Source: Clostridia bacterium (lineage in GTDB: Bacteria; Bacillota; Clostridia; TANB77; UBA1234). Taken from it: 64,000 nucleotides of DNA. The first letter of the stretch is position 1. Every line of letters begins with the position of its first letter. The position numbers were made by a program, and so were the translations under genes. The stretch spans positions 449,270 to 513,269 of the forward strand of contig JAFWYG010000005.1 of assembly GCA_017522765.1 (NCBI GenBank). The letters run 5' to 3'. This document shows, one piece after another, positions 47,992-57,388 of this stretch. The notes below the pieces were generated by a model. It was given only the letters and a program-made list of their open reading frames with translations, did no database searches and had not been told where the DNA came from.

Positions 47992-48531
47992 TTAATAATT
48001 TTCAGCTTTAATTTCAAAGTATGCTTTTGGATGTGTGCAAACTGGGCACATTTCTGGAGCTTCTTTACCGATAACGATATGTCCGCAATTTCTACATTTC
48101 CAGATTTTTTCTCCATCTTTGCTAAATACTAAACCGCCTTCTACGTTACCTAATAATTTTCTGTATCTTTCTTCATGTTCTTTTTCAATTTTAGCAACTT
48201 CTGAGAATAAAAATGCGATATGATCGAATCCTTCTTCTTTAGCTTCTTTAGCCATTCTATCATACATGTCTGTCCATTCGAAGTTTTCACCTTCTGCAGC
48301 AGCTAATAAGTTTTCAGCTGTTGTTGGAACTTCTCCACCATGTAATAATTTAAACCACAATTTAGCATGTTCTTTTTCATTGTCAGCTGTTTCTTGGAAT
48401 ATAGCAGCAATTTGCTCATATCCTTCTTTTTTAGCTTTGCTTGCAAAATATGTATATTTATTTCTAGCTTGTGATTCGCCAGCAAATGCTTCCATTAAGT
48501 TTTTTTCTGTTTTTGAACCTTTTAATTCCAT
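47992..48531 (-). CDS. rbr: Rubrerythrin
   Basis: 179 aa with the diiron four-helix motifs (EGESQA-like [25 protein letters not shown]) and a C-terminal rubredoxin-like CRNCG...CPVC. Confidence 0.9.
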   Translation of the reverse strand: MELKGSKTEKNLMEAFAGESQARNKYTYFASKAKKEGYEQIAAIFQETADNEKEHAKLWFKLLHGGEVPTTAENLLAAAEGENFEWTDMYDRMAKEAKEEGFDHIAFLFSEVAKIEKEHEERYRKLLGNVEGGLVFSKDGEKIWKCRNCGHIVIGKEAPEMCPVCTHPKAYFEIKAENY

Positions 48532-48601
48532 AATTTAAAAACCTCCTTTTTAGATTTCAAAAATATTTTAACATATTCTCGTCTTTTTTCAACTATAAAA
48601 T

Positions 48602-49318
48602 CTATTTGCCTTCTGCTCTTTTGGTAAGCTCTTCCAGTACCAATTCATATCCCCTTTGCTCATTTGTATAATCAATTTTTTTTGGTTTAAAATCTCTACT
48701 TAAATCTTTACACATTCCTAAAACTAATGTTTGTAAAAGTTCTGGATTTCGAGCAAGAATCGGACCCGAAATATGGGTGCCATAAAAGTTTTTATATTTC
48801 ACGCCTTCATAATCATTTTTTTCATTCTCACCAATTCCAAATTCAACTTTAAAAAACGGATTCATATTATGGTAAACTCTTGTGCTCTTATTTACAAAGC
48901 CTACAACTTTTCCTTTTAAATATTCACTAGAATAAATAATGTCTGATGTCTTTCTATCTTTATCTCTTTGCACTTCATAATCAAAAATATTTAATGCTTC
49001 TTCCTCTTCAATTTTCTTTCCAAACATTTCAAAAGAATTTCCTGTTGCTAAAATATATTTTCTATCATCAATAAATTTTTTAAATTGTTCTTTGTGTAAT
49101 TTAATATCTTTTAAAACTCTATCTAAACCTCTTTCTGTACCAGCACCTATATATACAAAGTTATAGTTGTTTGGATCATATTCTTCACCAATACTTTTCT
49201 TTTCTAATGTAACTGTATTACCTTGATCTTCTATGTGCTTTTTCAAGATAACCACATTACCATAGTCGCCATATAAATTTAATATGTCATGATACAGATG
49301 TAAAACTTTTATATTCAT
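48602..49318 (-). CDS. gatD: Lipid II isoglutaminyl synthase glutaminase subunit GatD (CobQ-like GATase)
   Basis: 238 aa starting LHLYHDILNLYGDYGN, the family-typical start. It lies 2 nt downstream of murT. Confidence 0.8.
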   Translation of the reverse strand: MNIKVLHLYHDILNLYGDYGNVVILKKHIEDQGNTVTLEKKSIGEEYDPNNYNFVYIGAGTERGLDRVLKDIKLHKEQFKKFIDDRKYILATGNSFEMFGKKIEEEEALNIFDYEVQRDKDRKTSDIIYSSEYLKGKVVGFVNKSTRVYHNMNPFFKVEFGIGENEKNDYEGVKYKNFYGTHISGPILARNPELLQTLVLGMCKDLSRDFKPKKIDYTNEQRGYELVLEELTKRAEGK

Positions 49319-49320
49319 AC

Positions 49321-50635
49321 TTACCTCCTGCTCATAAATTTCATTCTATCTGAAAAACAAGTTACAACATAAATTGAACCTACAGAATTTTCTTTAACCT
49401 CATCCATCATGTCGTCCAAATCTTCTGTTGCTTTAACCTTTTTCATATCGATTCCTGAATATTCAAAACGTGTAACTAAGTCATGCACATATTTACCAGC
49501 AAGTACAACCTTCTTTACACAATCGTGTTTTAAAAGTTCAAAATCTATATCCCAAAGCCAAGATGTTTCACTCGTAAAATATTTTCTACTAACGGCATCT
49601 ACAATTATAACAACTGTACATGGATTATTTTCACGAGTGATATACAAAAGTGATTGATTATATGAAATTGAATTTTCATGTTTAGACGTTAATAACATTC
49701 CATGTTTTCCATTCAATTCAAATTTTTGAACTCTATCATTTTTCATGATGTAATTATTTAACGCTTCAACAATCTTGTCATCCTTTAATCCAATCAATCT
49801 TGTAACAGCAAACGTAGCAAGCATATTGTATGCCATATATACGCTTCTTAAATTCATCGAAATTTTATATTTATTATTAATAACCATTTCACTATTATTA
49901 AGATTTAAATCTGTTACAGCGTATTCTGGTTTCATTCTCTTATGTCCGCAATTTTTACATTCAAAATCGCCAATATGATTATAATGATAATAACTATATT
50001 CTAAAGGCTCTTTACAATTTGGGCAGTACACACCATCATCGTATGCACTCTCATTTTTCATTACTGAAAGATTGTTTTTATCCATTCCAAAATAAGTTAC
50101 GTTTTCTCTTTTATAACCATACATAGATGTTAAAGGATCATCCGCATTTAATATTAAATGAATGTCATCTGTAATTGCTTCTTTAATAATATCGTAAATT
50201 AATTCTGGATGACCGTTTCTTGTCATTTGATCTCTATATAAATTTGTAACAACCAAATACTTAGGTCTAAAATGTTTTAAAGTGTGTCTTAGATATCTTT
50301 CGTCACTTTCTATGACTAAAATATCTTTCTTAACTTCACCCTTTAAATTACAGTTATTTAAGATCATTGTTGTAACACCTTCAGTTTGATTTGAACCTTC
50401 TCTATTACAACCAACTTTATAACCATTAGCTTCTAGAGTATTACAAATCATTTCAACTGTAGAAGTTTTTCCGTTGCTTCCTGTAACCACAATAATGTCA
50501 TCGGGCAAAACAACTTTCTTTAAAATATTTTTATCTATTTTAAGTGCAATCTTTCCGTGGCAAGCTACTTCCTTTTCCAACTAACTTACCAATTAGATAC
50601 AACAATTTACTAATTAAAATTACAATCGTGTTCAT
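49321..50635 (-). pseudogene. murT: murT (lipid II isoglutaminyl synthase ligase subunit) interrupted by a +1 frameshift after about codon 26
   Basis: The body 49321-50580 contains VTGSNGKTST, the Cys4 ribbon CPNC...CKNC and a DUF1727-like C-terminus. The expected N-terminus MNTIVILISKLLYLIGKLVGKGSSLP is in another frame (ATG 50635 after AAGGAG) and stops at 50542-50540. Deleting the C within CCA-C-GGAAAG restores ...GSSLPGKIALKID. Confidence 0.7.
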
Positions 50636-50752
50636 CTCTTCATCTCCTTGTCTAATACCCTTTAAATTTATCACAAGACCCATTTACCTTCAACCCTAAA
50701 GCATCTCTTTTTAATATATAAAGTAGTAAAATTTTGACAAAATATTTTTATA

Positions 50753-50774
50753 CAAAACAAAAAGAGATTCATTG
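50753..50774 (-). terminator. Intrinsic terminator after the metallophosphoesterase gene
   Basis: Stem AGAGATTC/GAATCTCT with A-run and T-run flanks. Confidence 0.7.
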
Positions 50775-50802
50775 CTGAATCTCTTTTTTCTCAAGTTTGT
50801 AA

Positions 50803-51741
50803 CTACTCACGAATAACGTTTTTGTTTTCAAGCACTCGCCCTCTAACCAGGATACCAGGCGAGTAAATCATCTCGTTTTTGACGAATGAACCAGGCTGTG
50901 TGATAAACACTTTCATGCTACCATCGTACAACTCTTTTCGCTGATGCAAGTGTCCGCACTGGAAGAATCTAATCGGATAACGTTTGCCATTGTAACGAAC
51001 GTATAATCCGCCATTTCGTTTGAAGGAACGAAGCCTATCATACGAAGGAACAACTCCAGGTCTGTTATCAAAAGATTCCAGATGTATCATGCGTTTGCAG
51101 ACACCAGCAATGATGAAGTCAACAACGTACGTATCATAGAATGTGAAACGCTTGCCATTATCTCTCATCTTCCGCTCAAGAAGTCTAAGCGCAGATTCCA
51201 TACCCATCGCGGTATAAATATAATCATGGTTACCATTTATCACGCGATAGTCAAAGTCGTATTTGGTAAGAATGTTTAACAACGTGTTTACCTGAACATT
51301 TCGGGTATTGATAGCTCTTTGCATTTCTTTTTTATCAGAATGCAGCAGCTCGTATGTGTAATAATCGCTTGTTATACCTTCCAAGAGGTCCCCTGCAATA
51401 AAAACGTAGTCGACAAGGGGCTTACCATTGCGGTAGTACTTGGCTAAAATTTTTTCCAATTCTTTGGCATTGAACTTCGGATGTCCCACATGCAAGTCGC
51501 TTAGGTCTAAGAAGTTGAAACTCTTTGATTCATTGCTATCGTACAGCATAACTACGGGAATTGCTCTACGTTTGAGTTTCACACTCGTCCCCTTCTTGTA
51601 TGGTGCAAATTCAGTTTCAAAGCCACACTTGTGTGCAACTTCAATAAAGATTGAGGGTTCGATACCTAAGTCTTCACTTGTCAGAGGGACACTTTCTTTC
51701 GTTGCCCGTTCGAGTGTCCTTAACATGTTTCGCAAAAACAA
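50803..51741 (-). CDS. Calcineurin-like metallophosphoesterase with an N-terminal extension of about 75 aa
   Basis: 312 aa. Motifs are DLSDLHVG, GDLLEG, GNHD and GHLH. The start is uncertain (TTG at 51741 or 51735, ATG at 51726) and follows AGGAGG. GC is about 43%. Confidence 0.7.
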   Translation of the reverse strand: MFLRNMLRTLERATKESVPLTSEDLGIEPSIFIEVAHKCGFETEFAPYKKGTSVKLKRRAIPVVMLYDSNESKSFNFLDLSDLHVGHPKFNAKELEKILAKYYRNGKPLVDYVFIAGDLLEGITSDYYTYELLHSDKKEMQRAINTRNVQVNTLLNILTKYDFDYRVINGNHDYIYTAMGMESALRLLERKMRDNGKRFTFYDTYVVDFIIAGVCKRMIHLESFDNRPGVVPSYDRLRSFKRNGGLYVRYNGKRYPIRFFQCGHLHQRKELYDGSMKVFITQPGSFVKNEMIYSPGILVRGRVLENKNVIRE

Positions 51742-51799
51742 ATACCTCCTAAACTGTTATTTGGTGGATACATTTGACTGATATGTTTTCTATATCGAA

Positions 51800-51828
51800 A
51801 TTTTATATAGAATTCACAGAAAAGTCAA
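51800..51828 (-). promoter_or_regulatory. Sigma-A type promoter of the metallophosphoesterase gene
   Basis: The minus strand reads TTGACT-17 nt-TAAAAT. Confidence 0.55.
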
Positions 51829-51893
51829 CGCAATTTCACACATTTCGACAATTTATAAAATGCTTGTAGCAACCACATATTTCCACAAAAAAA

Positions 51894-51918
51894 CTGCCAC
51901 ACTTGTTAGGTGTGACAG
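51894..51918 (-). terminator. Intrinsic terminator after the tandem-duplicated protein gene
   Basis: Stem CTGCCACAC/GTGTGACAG has one mismatch and a T7 run on the minus strand. Confidence 0.6.
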
Positions 51919-51937
51919 TCTTTTAGTTCATAGAGCT

Positions 51938-52585
51938 TTAATTCTTTTTGCGCTTAAAGATGTCCAGGAAATTGTGCTTACCTTTAGCCTTTTTTCCTTT
52001 TTCCAACTCAGCTTGTTCAGCTTCGTATTCAGCCTTTTTCTCAGCTTCGACTTCAGGAATCTTATCGATTTTTGCCTGAATTTCATCAGCCAACATAGCG
52101 CTTTCTTCGGGAGTAATATCAGGGATGCTGTACAGAAGCCCCATAAGCTTAACGTAGGCATATTCAGCCTCGCTTGCGGTTAAGACTCCCATCATCGCCC
52201 CTGCGTCGTAGCGATGCTCATGGTGAATTTGTGCCATTCTGTCCCGAACCTGATCGATTTTTGTTTTGAAGAGTGTATCCTTAGAAACTCCATATTCTCT
52301 TTCATCAGGATATTCATCTGGATACAAAACTTTTTCGTTCTCAACTTGAGGAATGTTTTCGATTCGCTTTGCAATTTCCTGCAAAAGCTCGTTTCTTTCC
52401 TCTTCAGTCAATCCAGGAATTTCAGGAATTCTGCGTGCCAGGATTTCATAAGTGCGCTTTGCTTCACCATCAGTCAATGTGCCAAACATTGCTCCAGCAT
52501 CATAGCGATGCTCAAAGTGGATCCGTGCGATTTCAGCTTGAACCTGCTGTTTCTTGGTTAAACATAAGATGTCTTTCCGTGCCAT
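51938..52585 (-). CDS. Unknown protein built from two homologous modules of about 100 aa (HxEHRYDAGAM motif) plus a Lys/Glu-rich tail
   Basis: 215 aa. Module 1 is ARIHFEHRYDAGAMFGTLTDGEA...IPQVENEK. Module 2 is AQIHHEHRYDAGAMMGVLTASEA...IPEVEAEK. GC is high, and several overlapping out-of-frame ORFs in the track are artefacts. Confidence 0.6.
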   Translation of the reverse strand: MARKDILCLTKKQQVQAEIARIHFEHRYDAGAMFGTLTDGEAKRTYEILARRIPEIPGLTEEERNELLQEIAKRIENIPQVENEKVLYPDEYPDEREYGVSKDTLFKTKIDQVRDRMAQIHHEHRYDAGAMMGVLTASEAEYAYVKLMGLLYSIPDITPEESAMLADEIQAKIDKIPEVEAEKKAEYEAEQAELEKGKKAKGKHNFLDIFKRKKN

Positions 52586-52634
52586 AATTTGTGTACCTCT
52601 TTCTGTAAAATAATTAATTTTGCTCTAATTTGAA

Positions 52635-53228
52635 TTACGAATTATCATAACTCTGGTCGCTGTAGTACGAACTGAAAATCATAAGAATTGTGCCATCGTC
52701 AATCGGACAATCTTCTGCTATTCTAACGTCAAAATCGTTAAACAAGATAAACGACTCGTATTCTGCAAGCAGATCACCATCCGTATCCTCAATTTTGCCA
52801 TATGTGTTTGTCCAGTTGAAAGTAGCTCTCGCTATTTTCTGACCTTCGGAATCATAAATGTCATACGTTTCACCGAACAAATCCCATCTTCCTACTAACT
52901 CTGCCGTCACCACGCCAGACATGATAATGACGTGAGAATCTTGCGCAATCAGGTGGTAGTCATCTCCTGCATATCCGATTTTGTTGCCTTCTGCATCCTT
53001 CAAGGTCAGCGGATCTTCGACTACTCGGAAAATATTGCCCGTTACTTGAGCCACCTTCTTGTCTTCTTGCTTAACTACAATATCTGTTGATAAGCGAAAA
53101 TTTTTCACATCACATTTGTATTGCCTATTGGTTTCGATGTCTTCCCGATGGAAAAGCATAAATGCTGCCCAAATAAGAAATGGTATAACAACGAAAATTG
53201 TGATTAACCGTTTATACTTTTTGTTCAT
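52635..53228 (-). CDS. Membrane-anchored LURP-one-related (tubby C-terminal-like, DUF567) family protein
   Basis: 197 aa with an N-terminal TM and then a repeated beta-hairpin pattern (F.v.D..G..i..a.g) typical of the LOR/YxjI family. It lies 49 nt upstream of 51938..52585 with no terminator between them. Confidence 0.5.
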   Translation of the reverse strand: MNKKYKRLITIFVVIPFLIWAAFMLFHREDIETNRQYKCDVKNFRLSTDIVVKQEDKKVAQVTGNIFRVVEDPLTLKDAEGNKIGYAGDDYHLIAQDSHVIIMSGVVTAELVGRWDLFGETYDIYDSEGQKIARATFNWTNTYGKIEDTDGDLLAEYESFILFNDFDVRIAEDCPIDDGTILMIFSSYYSDQSYDNS

Positions 53229-53393
53229 ACTTCAATACCCTCCAGTTTCTAAGTATCATTATACGGTTTATTTGCGAACAGTAATATTATACCATATTAT
53301 GTACACTTTTTCCACATCGAAAAAGACCCGAAATCACACGATTTCAGGCCTTTTGATCCAAATTTGACTTTTTTACGCATTTTTATAATTATT

Positions 53394-54305
53394 TCAATGA
53401 CTATGTCCGTGATGGTGATGATGATGTCCGCATCCACAGCTGGATTCAATATGTTCAATCCTGCACACCTTATCCGGACAATATTCAAACTTCATCTCGC
53501 ACTCAATCGTGACGTGACCGATATTATGCTTCGAAAGAAGCTTCTTAACCTCAGCTTTAACTTCTTGAAAGTTCCGTTGGGTAACTAGATGCATCGTCGC
53601 ATAGTTGTGGTAGCCATCCATACTCCAAATATGCATATGGTGCACGCCAATTATACCATCAACTTGCTTTATAAGCTTGGTTATCTCATCAACATCGATA
53701 CCACTGGGAGTCTTTTCTAGAATGATATCTACAATTTCTTTAAGATTTCTCAGTGCATGGTACAGAATAAAGCCAGCCACCCCAATAGAAAGCAGCGGAT
53801 CAATAATTGCCCAGTCGGTAAATCTCATTATAATCGCACCAACAAGCACAACAATCCATCCAAGAACATCTTCAAGCATGTGAAGATTTACTGCTTTTTG
53901 ATTTAAAGATTTGCCATCGCGCGTAAAATATGCTGCCAAGAAGTTAACCACTGCGCCAACTATTGCAAAGATAATCATGCCGTCATAATTAATTTCAACG
54001 GGATTAATGATTCTCACAATCGAGTTGTAGATGACCAATACAGAACCAATCAGCAAAATCAAAGTGGTAATCAAACTTCCTAATACTGAATATCTCAGAT
54101 ATCCATATGTGTAATTTTTGTCAGGTTTTCCTTTGCTTTTCCGCTCCAACACATATGCTGCACCAATACTGATAGCGTCACCCATATCATGGATTGCATC
54201 AGAAATGATAGCAACACTATTTGTAAAAGCTCCACCAATAAGTTCAAAAATTGAAAACGCTAAGTTCAAGATGAACGCCACCAATATGTTTTTGTCGGAC
54301 CTCAT
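53394..54305 (-). CDS. CDF family divalent-cation efflux transporter (CzcD/ZitB-like) with a His-rich C-terminal tail
   Basis: 303 aa with 6 TM, motifs SDAIHDMGDA and HMLEDVLGW, and the tail CGCGHHHHHHGHSH. GC is about 42%. Confidence 0.8.
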   Translation of the reverse strand: MRSDKNILVAFILNLAFSIFELIGGAFTNSVAIISDAIHDMGDAISIGAAYVLERKSKGKPDKNYTYGYLRYSVLGSLITTLILLIGSVLVIYNSIVRIINPVEINYDGMIIFAIVGAVVNFLAAYFTRDGKSLNQKAVNLHMLEDVLGWIVVLVGAIIMRFTDWAIIDPLLSIGVAGFILYHALRNLKEIVDIILEKTPSGIDVDEITKLIKQVDGIIGVHHMHIWSMDGYHNYATMHLVTQRNFQEVKAEVKKLLSKHNIGHVTIECEMKFEYCPDKVCRIEHIESSCGCGHHHHHHGHSH

Positions 54306-54362
54306 ATCACAAATACCTCCAGTTTCTAGTATTTCTCACAAATGTGTCGTTTTAACAAGCGG

Positions 54363-54391
54363 ATTATACCACGGAACCACTGTAAAATCAA
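54363..54391 (-). promoter_or_regulatory. Sigma-A type promoter (extended -10) of the CDF gene
   Basis: The minus strand reads TTGATT-17 nt-TATAAT with TGG directly upstream of the -10. Confidence 0.6.
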
Positions 54392-54432
54392 CATTTCAAA
54401 AGATCGGTCGTTTTAGACCGCTCTTTTATTTT

Positions 54433-56112
54433 TTAATTAGCTTCATTTGCTATGTTAGCTAACTTTTCTTGTAATATAATGTTTTCTTGTTCTTTAGCTG
54501 CTAACTCTTCTTGTAAGTTTGAAATCTCTGAATATTTTTCTTGAATCACATACTCTAAATTAGAAATTTCCGAGTCTTTTTCACTAATTATACTTTCAAC
54601 CGAATATCTTTCACTACTAATTGTTTTTATCTCGTCTTTTAATCTTTCTATTTCTTCATACGCCTCATTTAATTCATCAGTTTTTTGAAGTTCTTTATAT
54701 GCTTTTCTATTAGCTTTCAATTTTTCAATATTTTCTTTTGATGCATATATTTTTGTATCTGCAAAATATTGAATATCTCTAATTTTTCTATTATTAATAT
54801 CATCAATAATATCACGAAGAGTTTCCATATAGCGTTCTTCATCGCTAAAGGCATATATTCTAAGAATATTATCAACGTCACTTGTACTTGTTTTATGAAA
54901 CTTTGAATGTTCTACTTCTATCAACACATCTCCCGAATCAACTTCAATATATTCAATTTCATCTAATGGAGAATATTCCCATGGCATAATTACAAGATCA
55001 TCTCTCATTTCTACATAGTAAGTATCCTTAATAATATCTTTTTCTTCTATTTCTTTAGTATAATCGAATTTTGTTGCCCCAATCATAAACATACTAACAC
55101 CAACTCCAATTAACACAAGCGAAATTAAGAACAACATTGCCATTCTTGATTTGTGAGATTTTTTACTAACAATAAAATTATACAAACCTTGTAATATTAT
55201 AAAATTAATAATAATTGCGGCAACTAAAGTTAATAACGTACCAACAAAAACAAGTCCTGTCTTTGTAAAAACAAAACTTAATACTAATAACGCAATTAAT
55301 CCAACAAAAGACATTACAAACAACGCTGCAAAACAAGCAACTGCAAACTTAATGCACCACATTACAAATTTAAATATTCCATTTAAAAATTTAGAATGAG
55401 AATGTTTCGGATCCCTAATCACAATCTTCTCTTTTTTCTTTTCTAAAAATACCTTTTTATCATTTTTGGTTTCTACAATTTCTTTTTGTTCTTCAATCAC
55501 ATTTACATCTGTATTTTCATTTTCCATCTTTTTATTTAACGGAACTTTTTCTTCAGTCTTTATCACTTCGTAATAATCTAAATATCTAACTTTAAACACA
55601 TGTAAGATTATAGCTAAACTAAAAACTGTAGCCGCACATAGATAAACAGATTGCAAAATATTTCTAATTCCCATATAAAGTTTATCTGGCAAAAATCCTA
55701 ATATTCCATGTGTAATTTCTTTCAATATTAATAAACCAAATGCCATGACAATAAACAAAATACATCCAATAACAAACTGTTCAAATATGCATTTAATCTT
55801 TTGCATGAATTTCATTGCACTAAACATGTCCACAGTCTTAGTAATAAACTCAAAGAAGTCTTCTATAGTTTTATTTACATTAGAAGTAGCTTGTTTATTT
55901 TCTCTAACCTCTTTCACATTTTCATTCATAAGTTCATCCATATTAAAATTAAAAGTCTTACAAATTTGAATTACTTTATCCATCTCAGGATAACTTTGAC
56001 CAGACTCCCATTTTGAAACAGCTTGTCTAGACACACCTAATTTTTCTGCAAGTTGTTCTTGCGATAAATTATTTTCTTTTCTGATTCTTTTTAAATTTTC
56101 AGATAATTTCAT
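54433..56112 (-). CDS. XRE-family HTH protein fused to a polytopic membrane region and a C-terminal coiled coil
   Basis: 559 aa. The N-terminal HTH is LSQEQLAEKLGVSRQAVSKWESGQSYP. There are about 6 TM segments. The C-terminus has heptad-like repeats including SEISNLEYVIQEKYSEISNLQEE. Confidence 0.65.
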   Translation of the reverse strand: MKLSENLKRIRKENNLSQEQLAEKLGVSRQAVSKWESGQSYPEMDKVIQICKTFNFNMDELMNENVKEVRENKQATSNVNKTIEDFFEFITKTVDMFSAMKFMQKIKCIFEQFVIGCILFIVMAFGLLILKEITHGILGFLPDKLYMGIRNILQSVYLCAATVFSLAIILHVFKVRYLDYYEVIKTEEKVPLNKKMENENTDVNVIEEQKEIVETKNDKKVFLEKKKEKIVIRDPKHSHSKFLNGIFKFVMWCIKFAVACFAALFVMSFVGLIALLVLSFVFTKTGLVFVGTLLTLVAAIIINFIILQGLYNFIVSKKSHKSRMAMLFLISLVLIGVGVSMFMIGATKFDYTKEIEEKDIIKDTYYVEMRDDLVIMPWEYSPLDEIEYIEVDSGDVLIEVEHSKFHKTSTSDVDNILRIYAFSDEERYMETLRDIIDDINNRKIRDIQYFADTKIYASKENIEKLKANRKAYKELQKTDELNEAYEEIERLKDEIKTISSERYSVESIISEKDSEISNLEYVIQEKYSEISNLQEELAAKEQENIILQEKLANIANEAN

Positions 56113-56283
56113 AATATCTCCCCTTTCTGAGGCAAATTATATAAATTCAACCGGTTGCGAACCACCAATTTTAGGTTGTTTTTTGTCAATTTTCAGTTGC
56201 AAATTACATTTTATACACTATTTATATACCATTTCTACAAAATTTCAATTCTAAAGATAAAAAAAGACAGGATTACCTGTCTT

Positions 56284-57126
56284 TTAATCAGCTAAATATT
56301 CTTTTAACTCTTTTAATTTATCATTAGTATCACTAACCCCTAAATCATACATCGCTTGTAATTTATCTATATCTTTTTCAATCCTTTTTATATGCAAATC
56401 TTTCGTAGGTCTAATTACAAATATCTCTTTTTTGTTTTCCAGGTCTATTATTTTTTCAACCGTATTATTATACATTTCATGTCTTTGTTCTATTGCTTTA
56501 ACTAAGTTTGGATAATCACCATATTTCATGCTAGCAAACTTGCTTTCAGTATCAGATTTTCTATAATCTATCGTTCTAGTAAGTACAACAATTATTTTGT
56601 CACAGCCCATTGCTTTACACTTTTCAACCGGTATACTATCCGCAATAGCACCATCTAAATAATTTTTACCATTAAGTTCAACAAAATTAGAAACATATGG
56701 CATCGCAGAAGTCGCTCTTAAGATTTCCATTTGTTCTAGTACACTGTCTATTTTTAAATATTCTGCTTCTCCTGTTTCTACATTAGTTACAGCAGCATAA
56801 AACTCTGTTTTTGAATTTTTAAAAGTTTCATCATCAAACACATCAAGTTTATATGGAATCTCATAAAAAGTAAAATCTTTACCAACAATATCTCCAGTTT
56901 TAAGCAAAGAATACATTCCCATATATCTTTTATCTTTTATAAATCTTTTGTTATATCTAATAGCTCTGCCTTTTTGTTTTGATAAATAGTTTACTCCAAA
57001 AAGAACACCAGCAGACACACCAATAATTTTATCTACTTCTATATCATTTTCTAAAAAAGTATCTAATACTCCAGATGTGTACATACCCCTCATTGCTCCG
57101 CCTTCAAGTACCAAACCAATCTTCAT
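56284..57126 (-). CDS. Patatin-like phospholipase
   Basis: I chose the start at MKIGLVLEGGAMRG (ATG 57126). Motifs are the oxyanion GGAMRG, the nucleophile GVSAG and the DGA catalytic Asp (LDGAIADS). Confidence 0.8.
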   Translation of the reverse strand: MKIGLVLEGGAMRGMYTSGVLDTFLENDIEVDKIIGVSAGVLFGVNYLSKQKGRAIRYNKRFIKDKRYMGMYSLLKTGDIVGKDFTFYEIPYKLDVFDDETFKNSKTEFYAAVTNVETGEAEYLKIDSVLEQMEILRATSAMPYVSNFVELNGKNYLDGAIADSIPVEKCKAMGCDKIIVVLTRTIDYRKSDTESKFASMKYGDYPNLVKAIEQRHEMYNNTVEKIIDLENKKEIFVIRPTKDLHIKRIEKDIDKLQAMYDLGVSDTNDKLKELKEYLAD

Positions 57127-57388
57127 AAAATACCCCTCTATAAAAGACGTCTTCGAAAAGAAACACTTATCTTTCAGAAGATGTCTTGCATTCAAAATTT
57201 ATATACTTATTTTACACTAAAAACATTTAGTAAGGAAGTCCCAAAAGCGCTTCTATAAAATTCCATATTTTGGGCAAAATTAGTTTACAATAATTGCATA
57301 TTATGGTATACTTAGCAAGCAAAATATCCCTTTTAGTACCTGACATCGTCGATTGACACAGTTTATTCATAAATTTAGGAGGTTTTTT

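Noticed and set aside
51860-52587. Five overlapping ORFs (60-115 aa) on both strands inside 51938..52585
   Set aside because: Only the 215-aa minus-strand frame shows an internal protein-level duplication and has an RBS and a terminator. The others are composition artefacts.
53394-53440. HHHHHH at the C-terminus of the CDF transporter as an engineered His tag
   Set aside because: The run is embedded in CGCGHHHHHHGHSH, and natural CzcD/ZitB-type exporters commonly end in His-rich metal-binding tails. There is no vector-like sequence around it.
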